60,223 nt of DNA from positions 1-60,223 of the IMG/VR virus record IMGVR_UViG_3300033076_000509, one strand, 5' to 3'. Each line of letters begins with the position of its first letter. The stretch's first letter is position 1. Shown one piece after another: positions 57,236 through 60,223 of this stretch. The notes under the pieces are model-generated. The model did not search any database. It had not been told where the DNA came from and saw only the letters and a program-made list of their open reading frames with translations. Source of the stretch: a virus (Duplodnaviria > Caudoviricetes). A program made the translations under genes and the position numbers.

Positions 57236-57256
57236 CCGCCTTCCCCTTCGCTGCCA

Positions 57257-57988
57257 TCATACAACCTCCATAATCGCCCACCCGATCAACTCTGGGATTT
57301 GCGGGACGACGGCGTTGCCGAGTCCGTGTAGACGGCGGCGCTCCATTCCAATGGATAGCCCATCACGCTCTCGTAAATTCGAGAAATCATTGTCCAATGC
57401 GCTCCAGCCGATAGCGCCCGCGTCGCTATCGTGGGACTGTGCCTCAATCTGGCGGATAAGTGTGGGCCACTGCGGCTCAAGTCCTTCCCATCCCTCGTGT
57501 TGGGAGTGGGCAATAATCCAGAGACGGTCATGGTAATGGGGCAATCCAACGCGCGCCGCTCGTATGCAGTGCCACTCCGCATCATACCCGAGCGCGGCCA
57601 GGTCTCCGAGAACGTCTCCAAGCCCTCGATAAAGCAAAGCTGCGACGTTTTCCACGATGACGTAGCGTGGTCGTATCTCGCCAATGAGCCTGGCATATTC
57701 GCGCCAGAGTCCTGACCGCTCGCCTGCCAGCCCTGCGCCTTTTCCGGCAACGCTGATATCCTGGCAGGGGAAGCCGCCACAGATGACATCAACATCAATT
57801 CCATCGGCCCGCAGCCTATCGGCGGTAAGGGCACATACATCGTCATAGCATGGAACCCCTGGCCAGTGCTTTGCCAGCACGCGTCGGCAAAACGGGTCAA
57901 TTTCACAGAAGGCAACGGTCGTCATTCCCGCGCGTTCTAGACCGAGGGAAAAGCCGCCGATGCCGGAAAACAGGTCGAGGACCTTCAT
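57257..57988 (-). CDS. DNA cytosine-C5 methyltransferase, alpha-like chain
   Basis: DLFSGIGG, GGFPCQD, ENV, GNAVVP; no TRD or motif IX in this frame. Confidence 0.92.
   Translation of the reverse strand: MKVLDLFSGIGGFSLGLERAGMTTVAFCEIDPFCRRVLAKHWPGVPCYDDVCALTADRLRADGIDVDVICGGFPCQDISVAGKGAGLAGERSGLWREYARLIGEIRPRYVIVENVAALLYRGLGDVLGDLAALGYDAEWHCIRAARVGLPHYHDRLWIIAHSQHEGWEGLEPQWPTLIRQIEAQSHDSDAGAIGWSALDNDFSNLRERDGLSIGMERRRLHGLGNAVVPQIPELIGWAIMEVV
57286..57915 (-). CDS. overlapping-frame C5-MTase beta-like chain
   Basis: SSWKTSQ...TWPRSGMMRSG...LLPTP...YESVMGYPLEWS (motif IX-like); true start uncertain. Confidence 0.65.
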   Translation of the reverse strand: MPSVKLTRFADACWQSTGQGFHAMTMYVPLPPIGCGPMELMLMSSVAASPARISALPEKAQGWQASGQDSGANMPGSLARYDHATSSWKTSQLCFIEGLETFSETWPRSGMMRSGTAYERRALDCPITMTVSGLLPTPNTRDGKDLSRSGPHLSARLRHSPTIATRALSAGAHWTMISRIYESVMGYPLEWSAAVYTDSATPSSRKSQS

Positions 57989-58188
57989 TCCTCGTCTTTC
58001 AGCCGATGGGCCACGCGGATGTAATCACGCGCTGCCCGCACTGAATTGAACTGCGGGGACTTTCCCGCCGGCTTGTTGATCAGCGGCCCTGAGATGCCGA
58101 TGGGCGGTCCAGCCTTGGCGCCATCTGCCGCAAAATCTTGCGGGGCACGAAAAATCTTGTGCCCCATGAAGGTGTCTCCTTTAGCCAT
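57985..58188 (-). CDS. hypothetical protein
   Basis: Coupled ORF. Confidence 0.5.
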   Translation of the reverse strand: MAKGDTFMGHKIFRAPQDFAADGAKAGPPIGISGPLINKPAGKSPQFNSVRAARDYIRVAHRLKDEE

Positions 58189-58657
58189 TGCCTCTCTCCT
58201 TCGCTGCCATCAGCGCCACCCGCAACGCCTCACGCTCCTTTGCCGTCAGGGCCGAGGCGTCCACGGTCGTGGTCTTGGTCTCCATCTGGATCGCGCCGCC
58301 GTCCTTGCCGACGACCTCGTTGACCTTCCGCTCCGTGTAGTCCTCACGGAAACGTGCCTGCATTGAGGTCTTCCAGACCAGCGCGTTGAACTTGTCCGCC
58401 TTGAGGCCATCCATGGCGGCTTGTTCCCACCAAGCTTGGGCAGCAACTCTGGCGCGCGTAAGGGCGTCTAAAAATTCGGGATGTTCTTCACCCCAGTTAT
58501 CAAGGGTTTGTCGGCTATTGAGATCGAGGTCGTCCGCGATCTGAACGAAGGAGTAGCCCTTTTTACCAAGCTCGACGACCCGCTCGCAATACTCCGGCCG
58601 GTAGAGCGACGGGCGCCCCCGCTTGAGCAGGTCAGCCGGGTCTTTGCGCTTGGTCAC
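58181..58657 (-). CDS. terS: terminase small subunit
   Basis: GRPSLYRPEYCE...TLDNW.EEHPEF.DA...GKDGGAIQ. Confidence 0.8.
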   Translation of the reverse strand: MTKRKDPADLLKRGRPSLYRPEYCERVVELGKKGYSFVQIADDLDLNSRQTLDNWGEEHPEFLDALTRARVAAQAWWEQAAMDGLKADKFNALVWKTSMQARFREDYTERKVNEVVGKDGGAIQMETKTTTVDASALTAKEREALRVALMAAKERGNG

Positions 58658-58976
58658 GCGCTACCTCCATTCGGTCCCCAGATTATCCACAACCCACCAG
58701 AAAAGCCAAGAGTATCCTCGTGCTGCCCATGTTGCGCCGGCCATGGCGAAGGGGAGCGCCACGACGAGGGTGATGACGGAACCTATAGCACGGATCATTG
58801 CCCCTCTCCACGGAAGAACTCTGTTCCCGGAGCGTCCCAACGCGGCCAGGTCAGGATCGGATGCACAATGCGGTTGGCAAGCCGCTTTTTGATTAACCGC
58901 CGCGTCATCTTGTGGCGCTTGCGCTTGTCGTTCTTCCAGTCCAGCAAGCCGAGAAGGCCATCGTTGCCGGCACCAC

Positions 58977-59192
58977 TCACCGCGCCCGCTCCACGGTCAG
59001 GGACTGGCCGGGCGTGAGCCAGATCAGGACGCGGCCCGTGGTGGTTTCGAATGTCCACGGCCCATCAGCCCTGAGGTATTCACGATCGCCCATAATATCC
59101 AACAGCACCTCCGCCTGATGATCCGGAATTGTCCACCACCGCAACTGCCCTTCCGCCGTCGCGTGCGTCACGGTCCAGAGTTGGTCAGGCAT
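58977..59192 (-). CDS. hypothetical protein
   Basis: ORF in the leftward cluster; start approximate. Confidence 0.4.
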   Translation of the reverse strand: MPDQLWTVTHATAEGQLRWWTIPDHQAEVLLDIMGDREYLRADGPWTFETTTGRVLIWLTPGQSLTVERAR

Positions 59193-59370
59193 TTCTATCC
59201 CCCGCCAATCCCACAATGATCACGGCGCAGATACCGGCCAGGATTGAATAGGCCCCGAGCCTATCTGGCTGACGTTCTGCGCTGCTACCCGCCGCGAATA
59301 TCATCATCATCGCAAACACGACAGCCGTCCATCGCGCGAACTCCCTAAACATTTTCTTCACACTCCCCAC
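59185..59370 (-). CDS. small membrane protein
   Basis: Two hydrophobic helices. Confidence 0.45.
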   Translation of the reverse strand: MGSVKKMFREFARWTAVVFAMMMIFAAGSSAERQPDRLGAYSILAGICAVIIVGLAGDRNA

Positions 59371-59379
59371 AAAAACTCG

Positions 59380-59408
59380 TTGACATTTCGTCGCTGCTGC
59401 GTCATCCT
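59380..59408 (+). promoter_or_regulatory. sigma70-type promoter
   Basis: TTGACA-N17-CATCCT, then GTCGCTA and an RBS. Confidence 0.6.
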
Positions 59409-59434
59409 GTCGCTACCAACGCAGGAGACGACAG

Positions 59435-59692
59435 ATGGCTATCTACCTTCCCAACCTTCGCACCAAGAGCATGAAAGCGCGCCGTGAATCCCTTGGCGGC
59501 TTTCACGACTCCAACGCCTGCGAATTGTGCCTGAAACCTCTCCGCGCCGAGGGAGAATGGCTTTGGATGAACCATGAAACTTACGAATGCGTCACCGAAG
59601 CCGAAGCTGTCGCGCTGGGCGTTGACCACGCCAGCCAATTTCAGTTTGGCGCGGATTGCGCCAAGCGAGTGCGAAAGGCGTTGGCCCAATGA
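59435..59692 (+). CDS. small Cys-motif protein
   Basis: AGGAG RBS; CELC...FGADCA. Confidence 0.65.
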   Translation: MAIYLPNLRTKSMKARRESLGGFHDSNACELCLKPLRAEGEWLWMNHETYECVTEAEAVALGVDHASQFQFGADCAKRVRKALAQ

Positions 59693-59937
59693 CTCCGCAA
59701 ACCCTCTCCGCCCACCTGAAGTCCCTCGGACTAAGCGCCGGGGGCTTCGCGCGTCTGATCGACGTGAGCAAGCGCACGGTTGAGCGGTATTTGAGCGGCG
59801 CCGTAGCGATACCGGGGCCAGTGGCAAGGCTGTCCGATCTGATGATGTTTCAGACCATGCAACGCGATGTTGGCATCCGCGCAACGCTGGAACTGTGGGC
59901 ACAAAAAAACATCCACGCCAGCGACAAAATGTCTTGA
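59689..59937 (+). CDS. XRE-type HTH protein
   Basis: LKSLGLSAGGFARLIDVSKRTVERYLSG...IPGPV. Confidence 0.75.
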   Translation: MTPQTLSAHLKSLGLSAGGFARLIDVSKRTVERYLSGAVAIPGPVARLSDLMMFQTMQRDVGIRATLELWAQKNIHASDKMS

Positions 59938-59962
59938 CACCACCGGTCATTTGCGGCACATT
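59934..59962 (+). promoter_or_regulatory. sigma70-type promoter
   Basis: TTGACA-N17-CACATT, then GTCGCTA and GGAGG. Confidence 0.6.
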
Positions 59963-59989
59963 GTCGCTATCAGACAGGGAGGCAGACCG

Positions 59990-60214
59990 ATGACCAACCG
60001 CCGCGAACTGGAAAACCTGATGGCCCGCATGACCCGCTGGGGCGTGGAATTTGTGGTCAACCGCGACACCGAAGGCCGCATTGACGGCATCCAGATCATC
60101 ACACGCAACGCTTGGATTGGGCGCGGCATGCCTCCGGTGTTTTGGGACCCTCTGTCTGCCGCCGAACGGATGCGCGAATGGCTGCACGGCATTGGGGAAT
60201 ACGAAACAGCCTAA
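59990..60214 (+). CDS. hypothetical protein
   Basis: GGAGG RBS. Confidence 0.6.
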   Translation: MTNRRELENLMARMTRWGVEFVVNRDTEGRIDGIQIITRNAWIGRGMPPVFWDPLSAAERMREWLHGIGEYETA

Positions 60215-60223
60215 TCCCACCCC

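Noticed and set aside
59402-60220. 272 aa minus-strand ORF
   Set aside because: It overlaps three + genes that have promoters, RBSs and an HTH motif.

Overview
The window looks like a complete or near-complete ~60 kb, high-GC dsDNA tailed phage genome. GcrA-like and GapR/DUF2312 genes point to an alphaproteobacterial host. A long leftward late operon carries terminase, portal, GroES-like, scaffold and major capsid genes, podovirus-like tail and ejection proteins, collagen and Gly-rich fibres, and a lysis-like cassette. There is also a leftward Cro/GcrA/RusA/MTase/replication operon with an iteron origin, and a rightward early operon with Gp157, HNH and RecT-like genes. I see no integrase, CI repressor, standalone endolysin or CRISPR array. 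The standout feature is at 2543-3844 (-): a gene for an IS110/Nop-domain protein with no nuclease domain (TasA-like), carrying 11 stem-loop units of the form stem-CCA-N9-(9-nt loop repeat)-N9-TG-stem. This is the architecture of a TIGR (tandem interspaced guide RNA) array. Seven units lie 5' and four lie 3' of the protein core, and all 11 sit inside the same uninterrupted reading frame. Other notable items are a ~195 nt tRNA-like ncRNA beside tRNA-Arg(UCU), recurring xxxGG motifs bounding cargo domains in virion proteins, a C5 methyltransferase split over two overlapping frames, and three consecutive signal-peptide genes in the fibre module. All calls come from reading motifs by eye; no database searches were run.
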